The notes under the pieces are model-generated. The model saw only the letters and a program-made list of their open reading frames with translations. It was not told the origin of the DNA and ran no database searches. A DNA stretch of 64,000 nt from contig JANXDS010000001.1 of the NCBI GenBank assembly GCA_025059205.1, forward strand, positions 76,014 to 140,013. The letters run 5' to 3'. Shown piece after piece: positions 49,836-60,834 of the stretch. Within the stretch, counting starts at the first letter, position 1, and each line of letters opens with the position of its first letter. A program made the position numbers and the translations under genes. This DNA is from Aigarchaeota archaeon (GTDB taxonomy: Archaea; Thermoproteota; Nitrososphaeria_A; Caldarchaeales; Wolframiiraptoraceae).

Positions 49836-50809
49836 TCTCTAACACCCCATACCCTACGCATGATTGATTTTGGCAAAGTGTATCTGTAAAACGTCCCTAA
49901 CGGGTCCTTTATCTGCAGTACAAGTTTTCTAACGTCCTCATCACTTACACCCGCCTCACCTTCTAGGCCTATCACGGAAGATAAGGCAGATAGCATCCTG
50001 GCGCCCTGATCGCGGGACTCTGATGTCGGTCCCATACAACCCCTGCAGGGAATGTTCACAGTCGGACATATCGCGTCGCAACCACCTCTGGTTGCAGGGC
50101 CCATGCAAACTATACCTTGCTCAAGAAGACACTTTTCGGCATCCGGAACAATCTGATGGTAACGTTTTATCTCAGTTATTCTTTTATTCTCACGGATACG
50201 CTTACAATCATCGCAGACAGACTTCATCGAACCGAATACTGTGCCCTTTGGTGGAAGTTTTCCGGAAAGTGCAGCGACCAGCGCGTCAGCCGTTAATTTG
50301 AGTGGTGGTGGACAGCCTGGCAAATAATAATCCACTTTGACCACTTGATCGAGTGATTTGACAGTCTCAAGGAGTTCTGGTACTGTTAACTCTCCACCGT
50401 CAACCTTCGTTATTTTATACGGCACGATTCCTTGCTGGTTTACGGTGCTTAAACTCTTTATGTATGCCTTTTGAAGGATACTGTCCCGTGAGGCGACGTT
50501 TGCGAGACCGGGTATACCGCCGAAGCAAGCGCACGCTCCAAATGCTATTAGATTCTTTGCCTTTTTCCTCGCAAGTTTAGCCATCTCTTCCGTCTCGTCG
50601 TTGTTCACGGCACCTTCAAAGAGCACTATATCTATTGAACCGTCCGGTAGTTTCTCCAAGTCCTCCAACTTTAAGTCTGCGGCCGTCGGCCAGTAAGCTA
50701 TTTCCGTAGCTATTAGAACATCAATTATCTTTTCGCCCAAGTCCAGGAGTGAATAATCGCAGCCAGCGCAGTTCGCTCCGGGTATTATGGCCAGCTTTGG
50801 TTTACTCAA
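49832..50809 (-). CDS. mvhG: [NiFe]-hydrogenase small subunit
   Basis: CAGC, GACACFGG, PGCPP, C.GP.T..GC...C....PCRGC; likely start TTG 50809 after GGAGGTGG. Confidence 0.92.
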   Translation of the reverse strand: MSKPKLAIIPGANCAGCDYSLLDLGEKIIDVLIATEIAYWPTAADLKLEDLEKLPDGSIDIVLFEGAVNNDETEEMAKLARKKAKNLIAFGACACFGGIPGLANVASRDSILQKAYIKSLSTVNQQGIVPYKITKVDGGELTVPELLETVKSLDQVVKVDYYLPGCPPPLKLTADALVAALSGKLPPKGTVFGSMKSVCDDCKRIRENKRITEIKRYHQIVPDAEKCLLEQGIVCMGPATRGGCDAICPTVNIPCRGCMGPTSESRDQGARMLSALSSVIGLEGEAGVSDEDVRKLVLQIKDPLGTFYRYTLPKSIMRRVWGVRE

Positions 50810-51246
50810 ACTACTGCCACCTCCTTCCTCAGTTTTTCTGCGATGCGGTTTGGTCCTAGTTTCCTTATCTGTTCGACAAATTCTTTCGCGATGTTGGCAA
50901 ACCTTTCTCCTTCCGATGCGGAAACCCATTCTAACCTTAATCTTTCTTTTTCAACACCAAACTGTTCAAGTAACCTCTCCAAAAGCATAATCCTCCTTCT
51001 GGTCTTGTAGTTTCCAGATATGTAATGACAATCGCCAGGATGACAACCAGTAACGAGAACACCATCCGCACCGTTTGCAAAAGCCTCGAGTATGTGTACT
51101 GGGTTGATTCTACCGGAACACATTACTCTTATTACTTTAAGGTTATGGGGGTACTGTAGTCGGCTGGTTCCGGCCAGGTCCATTCCAGCGTAGGAGCACC
51201 AGTTACATGCAAAAACCAATATGTTTGGCTCAAAATCCTTTTCCAT
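50806..51246 (-). CDS. mvhD: hydrogenase [2Fe-2S] subunit
   Basis: CNWCSY, RVMCSGR, GCHPGDCHY, WVSASEG. Confidence 0.96.
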   Translation of the reverse strand: MEKDFEPNILVFACNWCSYAGMDLAGTSRLQYPHNLKVIRVMCSGRINPVHILEAFANGADGVLVTGCHPGDCHYISGNYKTRRRIMLLERLLEQFGVEKERLRLEWVSASEGERFANIAKEFVEQIRKLGPNRIAEKLRKEVAVV

Positions 51247-51252
51247 TTTAAC

Positions 51253-53232
51253 TCACCCCGTAAGCGTTCTTACCATTGCAGAAATCTGTTCGTCATCAAA
51301 CCCGAGTTGTTGGGCTGCTCCAGATGGACATGCAGCTACACATACTCCGCAGCCCTTGCACTTGCTTATGTCGACCTTTGCTACCTGCTTCCCGTCTTCC
51401 TTCTTAACCAGTGATATTGCGTCAAAAGCGCATAGGGGTTGGCATATGCCACAACCGCTGCACAAGTCTTCGTTAATCGAGGATACATAAGGTATAGTTT
51501 CTACGTAGCCCCTCGACATCAGCGCTATGGCCGAAGACGCTGCAGCACCTGCTTGAGCTACTGTATCAGGTATATCCTTTGGTCCTTGTACTGCACCGGC
51601 CAAGAATACGCCATCAACGGACGTCTCAGTAGGTCTGAGCTTTGGATGCAACTCTAACGCAAAACCATCTGGGCCCACCGAACACTTTAGCACCTTGGCA
51701 ACTTCTTTAAATGTTGGATGAGGAACTATGCCCGTCTCAAGGACGATGAGATCTGGTCTAAGTGTTACAACCCTATTTGTGTTCGCATCGAATACGTCGA
51801 AGTAGAGGCTTCCATCAGCATCTTGTAATATTTCCATCGGGCTACCTCTTATGAACTTGACGTTTTCGTAACTTCTAATCCTCTCGTAGAACTCTTCGTA
51901 ACCTTTCCCGAAGGTTCTGATGTCCCTATAACATATGTATACTTCCGCATCCGGTATGTGGCTCACTATGTAGTAAGCGTGCTTCAATCCTGCAACGCAC
52001 CCGAACCTGCAGCAGAACCTTAGATGCTTTTCGTCCCTCGAACCGACGCAGAGGATTATAGCAACCTTTTTCGGCTCTTTTCCGTCGCTAGGTCTGAGTA
52101 TGTGCCCCTTCGTCGGTCCTGTGGCAGAAACAAGCCTCTCCAGTTCCAACCCAGTTATTACGTCCTTGTACTTACGATAACCATATTCTGGCATATTCTT
52201 TGCAACATCGTACAAACCGTATCCAGTAGCCAAGATTATTGCCCCAACTTCAAGCTCTATCTCTTCTGGTTTCTGGTCGAAGTTTATGGCTTTGGGAGGA
52301 CAGAATTTCTCACAGGCTCTACACGTCCCTTTCTGGAAATACATACAATGCTCAGGATCGATTACGGGAATAAGCGGGACCGCTTGCGGAAATTCAAAGT
52401 ATATTGCCTTTCTCTTTCCAAGTCCCAAGTCGAACTCGCTCGGCACGGTCCATGGACATTTTGTGACACAAACACCGCAACCGGTACATTTTGCCTCATT
52501 AACATACCTTGGTTTCTTCAGCAGTTTAACTTTAAAGTTTCCGACAGAACCGTCAATACTTACAACGTCTGTATAGGTGTGGAGGGTTATATTTGGATGT
52601 CTGCTCGCTTCTACCATAAGAGGTGTCAGTATGCACTGAGAGCAGTCGAGTGTCGGAAACGTCTTATCTAACCTAGCCATGTTTCCCCCTATGCTGGGTC
52701 TTGTCTCGACTAAGTGGACTTCGAAACCGGCGTTTGCTATATCAAGCGAAGCTCTGATGCCTGCTATCCCACCACCTATAACCAGCGCCCTCGGTATTAC
52801 CTTGACCTTTTCTACCTTCAATGGTTTTAACAACCTGGCTTTGGCGACTGCAGCTTTAACTATTTTAATGGCTTTTTCCGTCGCTGCAGATTTTTCCTTC
52901 TCGTGAACCCAAGAACAGTGTTCCCTTATATTAGCCATCTCGAAGAGATATGGATTAAGACCCCCCCTCTCAACAGCCCTCTGAAATGTAGGTTCGTGCA
53001 TTCTCGGCGAGCAGGCAGCTACGACGACCCTGTTAAGTTTGTGTTCCTTTATATCCTCTACTATTATATTCTGGCCCGGTTGAGAACACATGAACTGATA
53101 ATCTTTCGCAACCACGACGTTAGGTACTTTTGATAATTCTTCAGCCACTTTCTTTACGTCAACCACGGCTGCTATGTTAACGCCGCAGTGGCATACGTAA
53201 ACACCTATTCTAATCTCTTCGCCTTCAACCAT
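51253..53232 (-). CDS. hdrA: heterodisulfide reductase flavoprotein subunit A
   Basis: GVYVCHCG.NI, ACSP, NIREHCSW, GGGIAG, KTFPTLDC, inserted and C-terminal ferredoxin domains. Confidence 0.96.
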   Translation of the reverse strand: MVEGEEIRIGVYVCHCGVNIAAVVDVKKVAEELSKVPNVVVAKDYQFMCSQPGQNIIVEDIKEHKLNRVVVAACSPRMHEPTFQRAVERGGLNPYLFEMANIREHCSWVHEKEKSAATEKAIKIVKAAVAKARLLKPLKVEKVKVIPRALVIGGGIAGIRASLDIANAGFEVHLVETRPSIGGNMARLDKTFPTLDCSQCILTPLMVEASRHPNITLHTYTDVVSIDGSVGNFKVKLLKKPRYVNEAKCTGCGVCVTKCPWTVPSEFDLGLGKRKAIYFEFPQAVPLIPVIDPEHCMYFQKGTCRACEKFCPPKAINFDQKPEEIELEVGAIILATGYGLYDVAKNMPEYGYRKYKDVITGLELERLVSATGPTKGHILRPSDGKEPKKVAIILCVGSRDEKHLRFCCRFGCVAGLKHAYYIVSHIPDAEVYICYRDIRTFGKGYEEFYERIRSYENVKFIRGSPMEILQDADGSLYFDVFDANTNRVVTLRPDLIVLETGIVPHPTFKEVAKVLKCSVGPDGFALELHPKLRPTETSVDGVFLAGAVQGPKDIPDTVAQAGAAASSAIALMSRGYVETIPYVSSINEDLCSGCGICQPLCAFDAISLVKKEDGKQVAKVDISKCKGCGVCVAACPSGAAQQLGFDDEQISAMVRTLTG

Positions 53233-54107
53233 TAGACCCTCATCTCCTCGAGTAAAACTTCGACCGGACTCATGTTCAAGTTCATCCCCAGCTCCTTCTC
53301 GTCTAAGCCTAATGCAAGACCCAACAACTGCGTATAGTAAAGCGCTGGGATCGAAACGCTTTGGTCGCCGGTTATCGTTTTAGCAGCATCTTGCTTTCCG
53401 TCGAGCATTTCTATACAATACGGACACAGGCTAGTTATAGCCCTCGAACCCACAGCCAGTGCCTTTTTTATCCTAGAGGCCGTAACCCTTATCGCCGCCT
53501 CAGGCGAATAAGGAAGTATGGCTGCCCCACAACATTCATACTTTTCGGGATAATCTCTCGCCCTAAGGCCTATGGCCTCGATCAACCTATCCAACTTAAG
53601 TGGACCATTTCTTGTCTCTGGCCTCGGGAACTCCGTCGGTCTAATCAGATGACAGCCAGGATGAGAAGAAACCGGCATTTCCGGTAGCTTCCTCTTTATC
53701 GCAGATGTTATCTTTTCAACACCTATCTTGTCGTGCAAAACTTCTACCGGATGATAAACCGTTGCTTTGCCTGTGTATCTTAACCCTTCCTCTCTAAGAA
53801 GCTCGTTCACAGCATTCATAAGTGGCGGATTCAACTTTAACTTGTAGATCGTTTCCGTTAGGTTTAGGTGGCAACCGTTACATGGTGAGACGATATCCAA
53901 ACCTTGCGACTCGGCTATCGCCATGATCCTTGCGCACGCATAATATGGGTAGAACCTACTTATCCCCTTCATAGGAACTCCGCAACAATTCATATCCTTA
54001 GGGTATTCCAACTCTACACCTAATAGTGGTAAAGTGCCCCTCAACGATAACTCATAACCGTACTGTTTCGTCGCGGTGGTGCAACCTAAATAAAGTAGAA
54101 ACCTCAT
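53232..54107 (-). CDS. hdrB: heterodisulfide reductase subunit B
   Basis: Two CCG domains (GC..CCG..CNGC; GC..CCG..CPYC). Confidence 0.92.
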   Translation of the reverse strand: MRFLLYLGCTTATKQYGYELSLRGTLPLLGVELEYPKDMNCCGVPMKGISRFYPYYACARIMAIAESQGLDIVSPCNGCHLNLTETIYKLKLNPPLMNAVNELLREEGLRYTGKATVYHPVEVLHDKIGVEKITSAIKRKLPEMPVSSHPGCHLIRPTEFPRPETRNGPLKLDRLIEAIGLRARDYPEKYECCGAAILPYSPEAAIRVTASRIKKALAVGSRAITSLCPYCIEMLDGKQDAAKTITGDQSVSIPALYYTQLLGLALGLDEKELGMNLNMSPVEVLLEEMRV

Positions 54108-54109
54108 AC

Positions 54110-54601
54110 CTAAATAGCCCCCTTCAACCTTTCAAACCCTATTAGCAGTACGTGTTGCCTGAACTTCTCGATATCTTTCGGTTTTGGCATCTCGGGTAGG
54201 CCCAGTTCCGTCCTAGAAACTTCCTCAAAATCCTTTGACATTATATACGTAGGTTCTTGAATGTGGCCGACCTTCAATATGGATTTTGCCATTTCAACGA
54301 AGGATTTCGGAGGCGCTATCCCTCTTTCGATAGCCTCGTTTCTAAGTGACATAACTACCTCAAACGGCGAAACTCGTTGGGGACAGTATTCTACGCACTT
54401 TAAGCAAACCGAACATGCCCATATCACATCGCTATTTATAAGCTCATCAGAATAGCCTGCCTTTACTAGGGCCACGATTTCGTGGGGTCTGTACTTATTG
54501 ACGACTTTTGTGGCTGTACATCCGCTAGAGCACTTCATACATTGATAACATAGTTGCGGCCTAAGTTCCCTTATTGCATCTTCTAGTGAAATTTTAAACG
54601 T
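54110..54601 (-). CDS. hdrC: heterodisulfide reductase subunit C (start codon uncertain)
   Basis: CYQCMKCSSGC (begins upstream of ATG 54538) and WACSVCLKCVEYCP. Confidence 0.85.
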   Translation of the reverse strand, partial: TFKISLEDAIRELRPQLCYQCMKCSSGCTATKVVNKYRPHEIVALVKAGYSDELINSDVIWACSVCLKCVEYCPQRVSPFEVVMSLRNEAIERGIAPPKSFVEMAKSILKVGHIQEPTYIMSKDFEEVSRTELGLPEMPKPKDIEKFRQHVLLIGFERLKGAI

Positions 54602-54773
54602 AAATACTCAGCCCCCTAACTTAATTAGGAAACAAATGCCTTAAATTTAAGTTTCAAATATTATTTATGATTCGCGCTCCACAAAAACTAATGATGTAAA
54701 TACTTTAATTATTAACTTGATTGCCGATAACGTCTACTATATGTTGTAGACTAGACTATGTTTTATATGGCTA

Positions 54774-57065
54774 ATGAAAAAGATCAGGGCTGAGGTAAGC
54801 GTTTCGGGCATAGTTCAAGGGGTGGGCTTTAGACCGTTCGTTTACAGAATCGCCGTTAGTAGGGGACTTAGGGGATTCGTCCAGAATCTAAAGGACGCAT
54901 CCGTTAGAATAGTCGTAGAAGGACCTGAATCACACATAAGGTCTTTCTTAGATGCTTTGGTTGAAGAAAAACCACCTTTAGCTCGTATAACCAGGATCAA
55001 TGTAAATTACTCGGAACCAAAGAACGAATTCGTGGATTTCAAGATACTAAAGAGTTCAGAGCAGGGCTCGCTCACAAGCTCCGTGATACCGGCGGATGTT
55101 GCAATATGCGACGAATGTGTTAAGGAACTCTTAAATCCTACTGATAGGAGGTTCGGCTACTTCTTTATAACGTGCACAAACTGTGGGCCAAGATTTACTG
55201 CTATATTGGACACACCGTACGACAGGCAAAATACATCTATGAGAGATTTTCCGATATGCGAGTTGTGTAGTTCTGAATATATGGACCCATCGAACAGGAG
55301 GTTTCACGCTCAAACGATAGCATGCCCCGCTTGTGGTCCAGTAGTTTATCTAACAACGAACGATGGAGAAATTGTTGCATGCAAAGAACCGATAAAGGAA
55401 GCAGCTAAGCTTATCGACGAAGGATATATAGTAGCCGTAAAAGGGAACGGCGGCTTTCATGTAGCAACAGCAACGACAATCTCAGAGCCTATAGTAAGGC
55501 TTAGGAAGGCTAAGCATAGACGACAGAAACCCTTTGCAATAATGGCTAAAGATCTAAAGACCATAAAATCTTTTGCCATAATTAATAAACAAGAGGAAGT
55601 AGTACTCACGTCACCGGCACGCCCCATCGTTTTATTACGTAAAAGTGAGGACTACTATCTATCTGAAGAGATAGCGCCGGGCCTACACAACATAGGTGTT
55701 ATGTTACCATATACAGGCCTACATCTTTTACTGCTGCTCAATAGTAAGGAGCCGGCATACGTTATGACGAGCGCAAACCCGTCGGGCGAGCCAATAGTTA
55801 TACATAATCAGGAGGCCTATGCGAGAATTGGAAAAGATGTTGATTATTTGCTCCTTCACAATCGGGAAATCGTGAATAGATGTGATGATTCTGTAGTAAG
55901 GGTAATTGGTGAGTCTATCAGTTTTATACGCCGTTCAAGAGGTTATGTGCCAGAGCCGATTATTTTACCACATAATTCTAATAAAAACGTCTTTGCTTTA
56001 GGAGGTGAACTTAACGTTACTGCTTGTATCCTCATGGGTGATAAAGCGTTCTTAACGCAGCATATTGGCGATGTAGAATGTGTAGAAACTTACGAGTTTC
56101 TGAAGTCGGCGGTTTACCATCTGGCTAAGCTTACCAGAGCGCAGCCGGAGGTGATAGCCCACGATCTACATCCAGGATTCCAGACAACTAGGCTTGCGGA
56201 GGAACTAGCTGAAAGGTTTAGGATACCAACGTTGGCTATCCAGCACCATCATGCGCATGTCGCCTCAGTAATGGCAGAACATGGGTTAGAGGAAGTCGTA
56301 GGAATAGCATGCGATGGATTTGGTTATGGTAGCGACGGCTTGGCGTGGGGTGGTGAAGTTCTTTTATGCGATAGTAGCGGTTACCGCCGTTTAGGACATC
56401 TAGAAAACCATCCAATGCCAGGTGGTGACCTAGCCGCAAAGTATCCAGCGAGGATGGTCGCAGGAATATTGTTCGGTTCGGACATATGTGAAAGATGGTT
56501 ATTTTCGAATGTTGATAAACTCCCAAGAGGAAGGGACGAAGCAGAACTGATACTGAAACAGATTAAAAGTGGAAGAAACATAAAGACTTCGAGTGTCGGC
56601 AGAGTTCTGGATAGTATTGCGGCCATATTGGGCGTATGTCACGAGAGGACCTACGAGGGCGAGCCTGCTATGAAACTTGAATCCGCAGCGATAGGCGGAT
56701 CAGATATCTTGGGGTTGAAACCAGAAATAAAAGGTAGAGTCCTGCTCACAAAGCATATTGTAGAATCGATAGCTGAAATAGCGATGAAAGGTTTAAACCA
56801 AGAGAAGATAAGGGACCTTGCCTTCTCAGCCCAGAATTATTTAGCGCTAGGATTAGCTGAGCTCGCCTTGGAAATAGCCGCTAGCGAAGGTGTGAAGAAC
56901 ATTGTTTTTACAGGTGGTGTGGCATACAATGAGCAAATAACGATGACAATACGACGAGCAGTCGAGACCAGAGGTTTGAAGTTTTACACAAATACGAAGG
57001 TTCCACCTGGCGATGGTGGACTTTCGTTCGGTCAAGCAGTAATTGCAGCCAAATTAAGCGATTAG
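54774..57065 (+). CDS. hypF: carbamoyltransferase
   Basis: GIVQGVGFRPF, zinc fingers, HDLHP, QHHHAH, PPGDGG. Confidence 0.97.
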   Translation: MKKIRAEVSVSGIVQGVGFRPFVYRIAVSRGLRGFVQNLKDASVRIVVEGPESHIRSFLDALVEEKPPLARITRINVNYSEPKNEFVDFKILKSSEQGSLTSSVIPADVAICDECVKELLNPTDRRFGYFFITCTNCGPRFTAILDTPYDRQNTSMRDFPICELCSSEYMDPSNRRFHAQTIACPACGPVVYLTTNDGEIVACKEPIKEAAKLIDEGYIVAVKGNGGFHVATATTISEPIVRLRKAKHRRQKPFAIMAKDLKTIKSFAIINKQEEVVLTSPARPIVLLRKSEDYYLSEEIAPGLHNIGVMLPYTGLHLLLLLNSKEPAYVMTSANPSGEPIVIHNQEAYARIGKDVDYLLLHNREIVNRCDDSVVRVIGESISFIRRSRGYVPEPIILPHNSNKNVFALGGELNVTACILMGDKAFLTQHIGDVECVETYEFLKSAVYHLAKLTRAQPEVIAHDLHPGFQTTRLAEELAERFRIPTLAIQHHHAHVASVMAEHGLEEVVGIACDGFGYGSDGLAWGGEVLLCDSSGYRRLGHLENHPMPGGDLAAKYPARMVAGILFGSDICERWLFSNVDKLPRGRDEAELILKQIKSGRNIKTSSVGRVLDSIAAILGVCHERTYEGEPAMKLESAAIGGSDILGLKPEIKGRVLLTKHIVESIAEIAMKGLNQEKIRDLAFSAQNYLALGLAELALEIAASEGVKNIVFTGGVAYNEQITMTIRRAVETRGLKFYTNTKVPPGDGGLSFGQAVIAAKLSD

Positions 57066-57189
57066 TGTTACGATTTCTACTGGTAGGCTGTAATATAGGC
57101 CCCATAATGGGGGTGCTATAAAGTTAGCAAAGGGTATCCGACGACCGAGAAGCAGATATAAGGCAGCAATCATTAAATCATATGATTAT

Positions 57190-57987
57190 ATGAGCTCGTC
57201 TGAAAAGATTGGAAGTAACATAACAGTCAGTGAGAGAGTCAAAAAGGCGATGCAAAACCTAGGCCTTACAGATTACGAGATTAGGGCATACCTTCCTCTT
57301 ATTCAGATAGGTCCGTTGACCGCTAGTGAGTTAAGTAACATAGCTGAGATACCTTATTCGAAAATTTACGAAGTGTTAGGAAGCCTAGAAGAGAAAGGAT
57401 GGGTTGAAGTGGAAGGTGGAAGGCCTGCAAGGTATCATGCAAAATCTCCTGTTACAGCAGTCGAGACTATGAAGTTAAAACTCGAGGAAAAACTCCAACA
57501 AAATAGCGATATAATAATATCTGAACTCATGCCAATCTTTGAAGATAGGTGGGCTAAAGAAAAACCAGACATTTGGATATTAAGAGGGGAACATAATATC
57601 TTAACTAAACTAAAGGAACTCATCGCTAATTGCGAGCGAGAACTCTTGTTGGCAACACCGATGCTTCCTAAGGAGATTTTGCGTACGTTGTTACCATTCT
57701 TTATAACAATCAAGGGGAAGAACGGTAGAGTACAGATAATGCTCACATCGGATACTGATCAACAGACATTAAGGAAGATAGCCGAAGTTGCAGAAGTCAG
57801 AATCAGAGAGCATATGTTTGGTTGTGGTGCAATTCGTGATTTGAGAGAAGTTATGATAATATTTGCAGCCGAAAACGGAAAGAGACCAGCCATAGCTATC
57901 TGGTCGGAGCATACAAGCTTGGCAAAGTTTGCTAGGGATTACTTTGACTATCTTTGGAATAGTGCGTACACAGTAAAAAAAGTTTAA
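57190..57987 (+). CDS. TrmB family transcriptional regulator
   Basis: LGLTDYE..AY, IPYSKIYEVL.SL..KGWV, RPARY; C-terminal effector domain. Confidence 0.9.
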   Translation: MSSSEKIGSNITVSERVKKAMQNLGLTDYEIRAYLPLIQIGPLTASELSNIAEIPYSKIYEVLGSLEEKGWVEVEGGRPARYHAKSPVTAVETMKLKLEEKLQQNSDIIISELMPIFEDRWAKEKPDIWILRGEHNILTKLKELIANCERELLLATPMLPKEILRTLLPFFITIKGKNGRVQIMLTSDTDQQTLRKIAEVAEVRIREHMFGCGAIRDLREVMIIFAAENGKRPAIAIWSEHTSLAKFARDYFDYLWNSAYTVKKV

Positions 57988-58014
57988 AGTCACTGATAGA
58001 CGAGCTCGAGCCGT

Positions 58015-60822
58015 ATGCGAGCCGCATACTATCCAAACAGGAAAATACCGTCAAGAAAGTGGGCAATTAGAATAATAGTTCTAATAATAGTCTTATTGAT
58101 GTTTTTCATAGTCGGTAACCAGATCGTTAATTTATTTCTAAATTTTATGGAATTCGGCGAACTCTTCATAAGACCATTTTACTACGCGTTAGTTGGCGGT
58201 TTAGTGCTTTCAGCAATAGCCTTCTTTAGGATCGATTTTAAGAATAGGCGCTCGCTTGTTTTTTGGTTCTTCAAACTGATCGTAAATGTTATTAGAAGCC
58301 CTGGTGTAATTCATCTAGATTTAATAGATTTTTCAAACTTTAGGATGAGTGTACGTAATTTTGTGATATGGCAGATAACAAAAACGATAGTAGGAACTGT
58401 GTTTTTCACAAACACGCTCTTTGGTATGTCAGTGCTGGCGATGCTGAATGGATGGGACCCAAAGCTGGGCGAGCTTTGGAGGATATTCCCATTACCGTTC
58501 ATCACACCTCCCGTTAATGAAGCGTTCGCTCAAAGCATGGTTATACCAGCACTTCCGGCGTTGTTGCTTATCGTGCCTCCAGTACTCAATGCATTAGGGG
58601 TTAGACTCGTCGTTCTGGTAGGTATCACACAGTTCGTCAAGAGCATTAGTACATCAGTCGTAAAGTATCTGGAAGAGGGAAGAGTCGTTATACCCGTTGC
58701 CACAATAGAGGCTTTAATAGCAATTGGTCTCTTCTGGACCGCTTTCAATTCGTTCTTCACAACATATATTGATTATAATACGAAAGTAACTCTCATAGCA
58801 ACAATAATCGTTGCGACACTGTTTGCGATTTATGCGTACTTCGACTCTCGTAAGTTGGGCAGGTTAAGAAACATTTACGTGAGAGTCGGGGCCATAGTGC
58901 TTGTCGCTTTGTCAGCAGGTTCTATAATCGCCATACAAAACAGTATAGCTGATGCGAGAAAGGTAGAGTGGCTAGGTCCCTACGTCGTCCAGGAGATATC
59001 AGTGAACCGTTATTTGGCAGAGCTTGACGAGATTAAAGAATTGTCCTACAATTTTTCTATAAAGAAGATACGTCAAGAGACAATACCTCTATATGTTGAA
59101 AGAAACAAAAACATGTTATCAAAAATTAGGTTGTGGGATTGGGATGCTGCATTCACAAAGCTCAAACCGGAGATAGGTCTTATACCCTACGTTGATTTTG
59201 AAGATTCTGACATAATAAGGTTCAATGGTACGCTTTATTGGAGCGCATCGATGAAGCCGATACTGCCAGCGTTCGTGAGACCTGAAGACCGTTGGTTTAA
59301 CGAGCACATGGTTTACACACACGTACCAAACGGCTTCCTTTTGTTGAATGCACACGATGGAATTATTGAAGATTCTAGCAAATTCTTCAAGCAGCGTAGA
59401 GTCTATTATGGAGAAGGTGGCTTACTTTCAACTACGTGGTCAGCTTATGTGGTTGGTGAGGATAAGAGTAAAGAAGTTGGTGGACATTTCTATTCAGGAA
59501 AAGGTGGCGTGGATGCTCAGCCACCATTGAGCTGGTTGTTCGATATAACGTTCATGCTATCGTATCCTGACAAGACCGTTCACATAATGAGGTACAAGGA
59601 CGTATACGAAAGGATGAGGCTCCTATTTCCTTATTTCTCGTATGATTGGGGCGACTCGTCGATCGATATGTTCCCAGTAACTGACGGTGAAAAGACATAC
59701 TGGTTGATGCCGCTTATCTTCAAGGTGCCTGCCGAGAATGTGCCGTGGAGTAGGGGCGAGTTCTTTATGCGCTTCGTTGGTTACTCATTAATAGATATAT
59801 ATGATGGAACAATACAGCTCATAGTAATAGGTGATGATTTCTTCAGCGAGCTATTCAAGAATCTTTATGCCGAATATATTAACACAGAAATGCCTGCTTG
59901 GTTGTATAAACAAACCAGATATCCCGTTGAGTTGTTTGAATGGAGGATTGGTATATATAACAAGTACCATGTCAGGGATCCTGCTACATTTATAGGTGCG
60001 AGGGAATTCTTTGAAATTCCTGAAGGACTTGAAACGTACTTTATATACGCACAACCACCCGGTTTTGAAGAGATCGAATTTGTTGGTATGCTTTCTTTGC
60101 AGCTTAAAGGCGCTTTGGGGAAGAATCTTGCAGGCTACGCCGTGGTAAGAAACGACTACCCCCATCTTGGCGAGGTAATAGTATACAAGGTTCCCCTAGA
60201 GTCTACAGTTAAGCTTCTAGGTCCGACGGCGGCAATCGAAGCGTTAAGAAGGGACCCCGTCTTTAAGCAGATGGAGACATTACTCAGAAACCCGAGGATA
60301 GGCGACAACATATTATACCAAATCGGCGATTACCCAGTTTACTTTATCCCAGTGTACACAGCACCAGCAGAGGGCGTCATAACGACGATCGGTACCGTAG
60401 CTGTAGTGGGGGCTGCCTTTACTGGCGAATACTATGTCGGCCTTGGATCTACGCCCGAAAATGCTTTCAGAGCATTCCTGTCAAAGTTGGCAGGATTGGA
60501 AACACCACCTCCTGAGGTCACGGAGGGAGAACAAAAGATTTCTGACATTAAGGAGTTTGTTTCAACATTATTTGAGCGCGCAAACGTCACCGTGGTTAGG
60601 CCCGAAAAGATAAATGCCCACCTGGTTTTCCTTGAGGGTAAAGTAAGCGTAAAGTCGGCCGAAGATTACCGAAAAGTGGAAGAACTCGTTCAGGCATTTA
60701 TAAAAAGGTGGACGGAAAAGAGGGTGCTAGAATGGGTAGAGGATAATGTTATTAAATACGGCGTTATTTTAGTAGAAAGTGGGATAGTGGAGTTGCATTA
60801 CATATCTATCGTTTTAGAGTAG
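58015..60822 (+). CDS. UPF0182 family membrane protein
   Basis: 935 aa; N-terminal multi-TM region, IRLWD, YTH, VYYGE, RYP..LF. Confidence 0.8.
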   Translation: MRAAYYPNRKIPSRKWAIRIIVLIIVLLMFFIVGNQIVNLFLNFMEFGELFIRPFYYALVGGLVLSAIAFFRIDFKNRRSLVFWFFKLIVNVIRSPGVIHLDLIDFSNFRMSVRNFVIWQITKTIVGTVFFTNTLFGMSVLAMLNGWDPKLGELWRIFPLPFITPPVNEAFAQSMVIPALPALLLIVPPVLNALGVRLVVLVGITQFVKSISTSVVKYLEEGRVVIPVATIEALIAIGLFWTAFNSFFTTYIDYNTKVTLIATIIVATLFAIYAYFDSRKLGRLRNIYVRVGAIVLVALSAGSIIAIQNSIADARKVEWLGPYVVQEISVNRYLAELDEIKELSYNFSIKKIRQETIPLYVERNKNMLSKIRLWDWDAAFTKLKPEIGLIPYVDFEDSDIIRFNGTLYWSASMKPILPAFVRPEDRWFNEHMVYTHVPNGFLLLNAHDGIIEDSSKFFKQRRVYYGEGGLLSTTWSAYVVGEDKSKEVGGHFYSGKGGVDAQPPLSWLFDITFMLSYPDKTVHIMRYKDVYERMRLLFPYFSYDWGDSSIDMFPVTDGEKTYWLMPLIFKVPAENVPWSRGEFFMRFVGYSLIDIYDGTIQLIVIGDDFFSELFKNLYAEYINTEMPAWLYKQTRYPVELFEWRIGIYNKYHVRDPATFIGAREFFEIPEGLETYFIYAQPPGFEEIEFVGMLSLQLKGALGKNLAGYAVVRNDYPHLGEVIVYKVPLESTVKLLGPTAAIEALRRDPVFKQMETLLRNPRIGDNILYQIGDYPVYFIPVYTAPAEGVITTIGTVAVVGAAFTGEYYVGLGSTPENAFRAFLSKLAGLETPPPEVTEGEQKISDIKEFVSTLFERANVTVVRPEKINAHLVFLEGKVSVKSAEDYRKVEELVQAFIKRWTEKRVLEWVEDNVIKYGVILVESGIVELHYISIVLE

Positions 60823-60834
60823 TTGGTGTAAAGT

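Noticed and set aside
50810-50929. N-terminal extension of MvhG in the ORF track
   Set aside because: It overlaps mvhD; the SD and TTG at 50809 give a normal MvhG start.
47908-54601. Evidence of methanogenesis
   Set aside because: Mvh-Hdr is widespread in non-methanogens, and no mcr, mtr or CoM/CoB genes are in this window.
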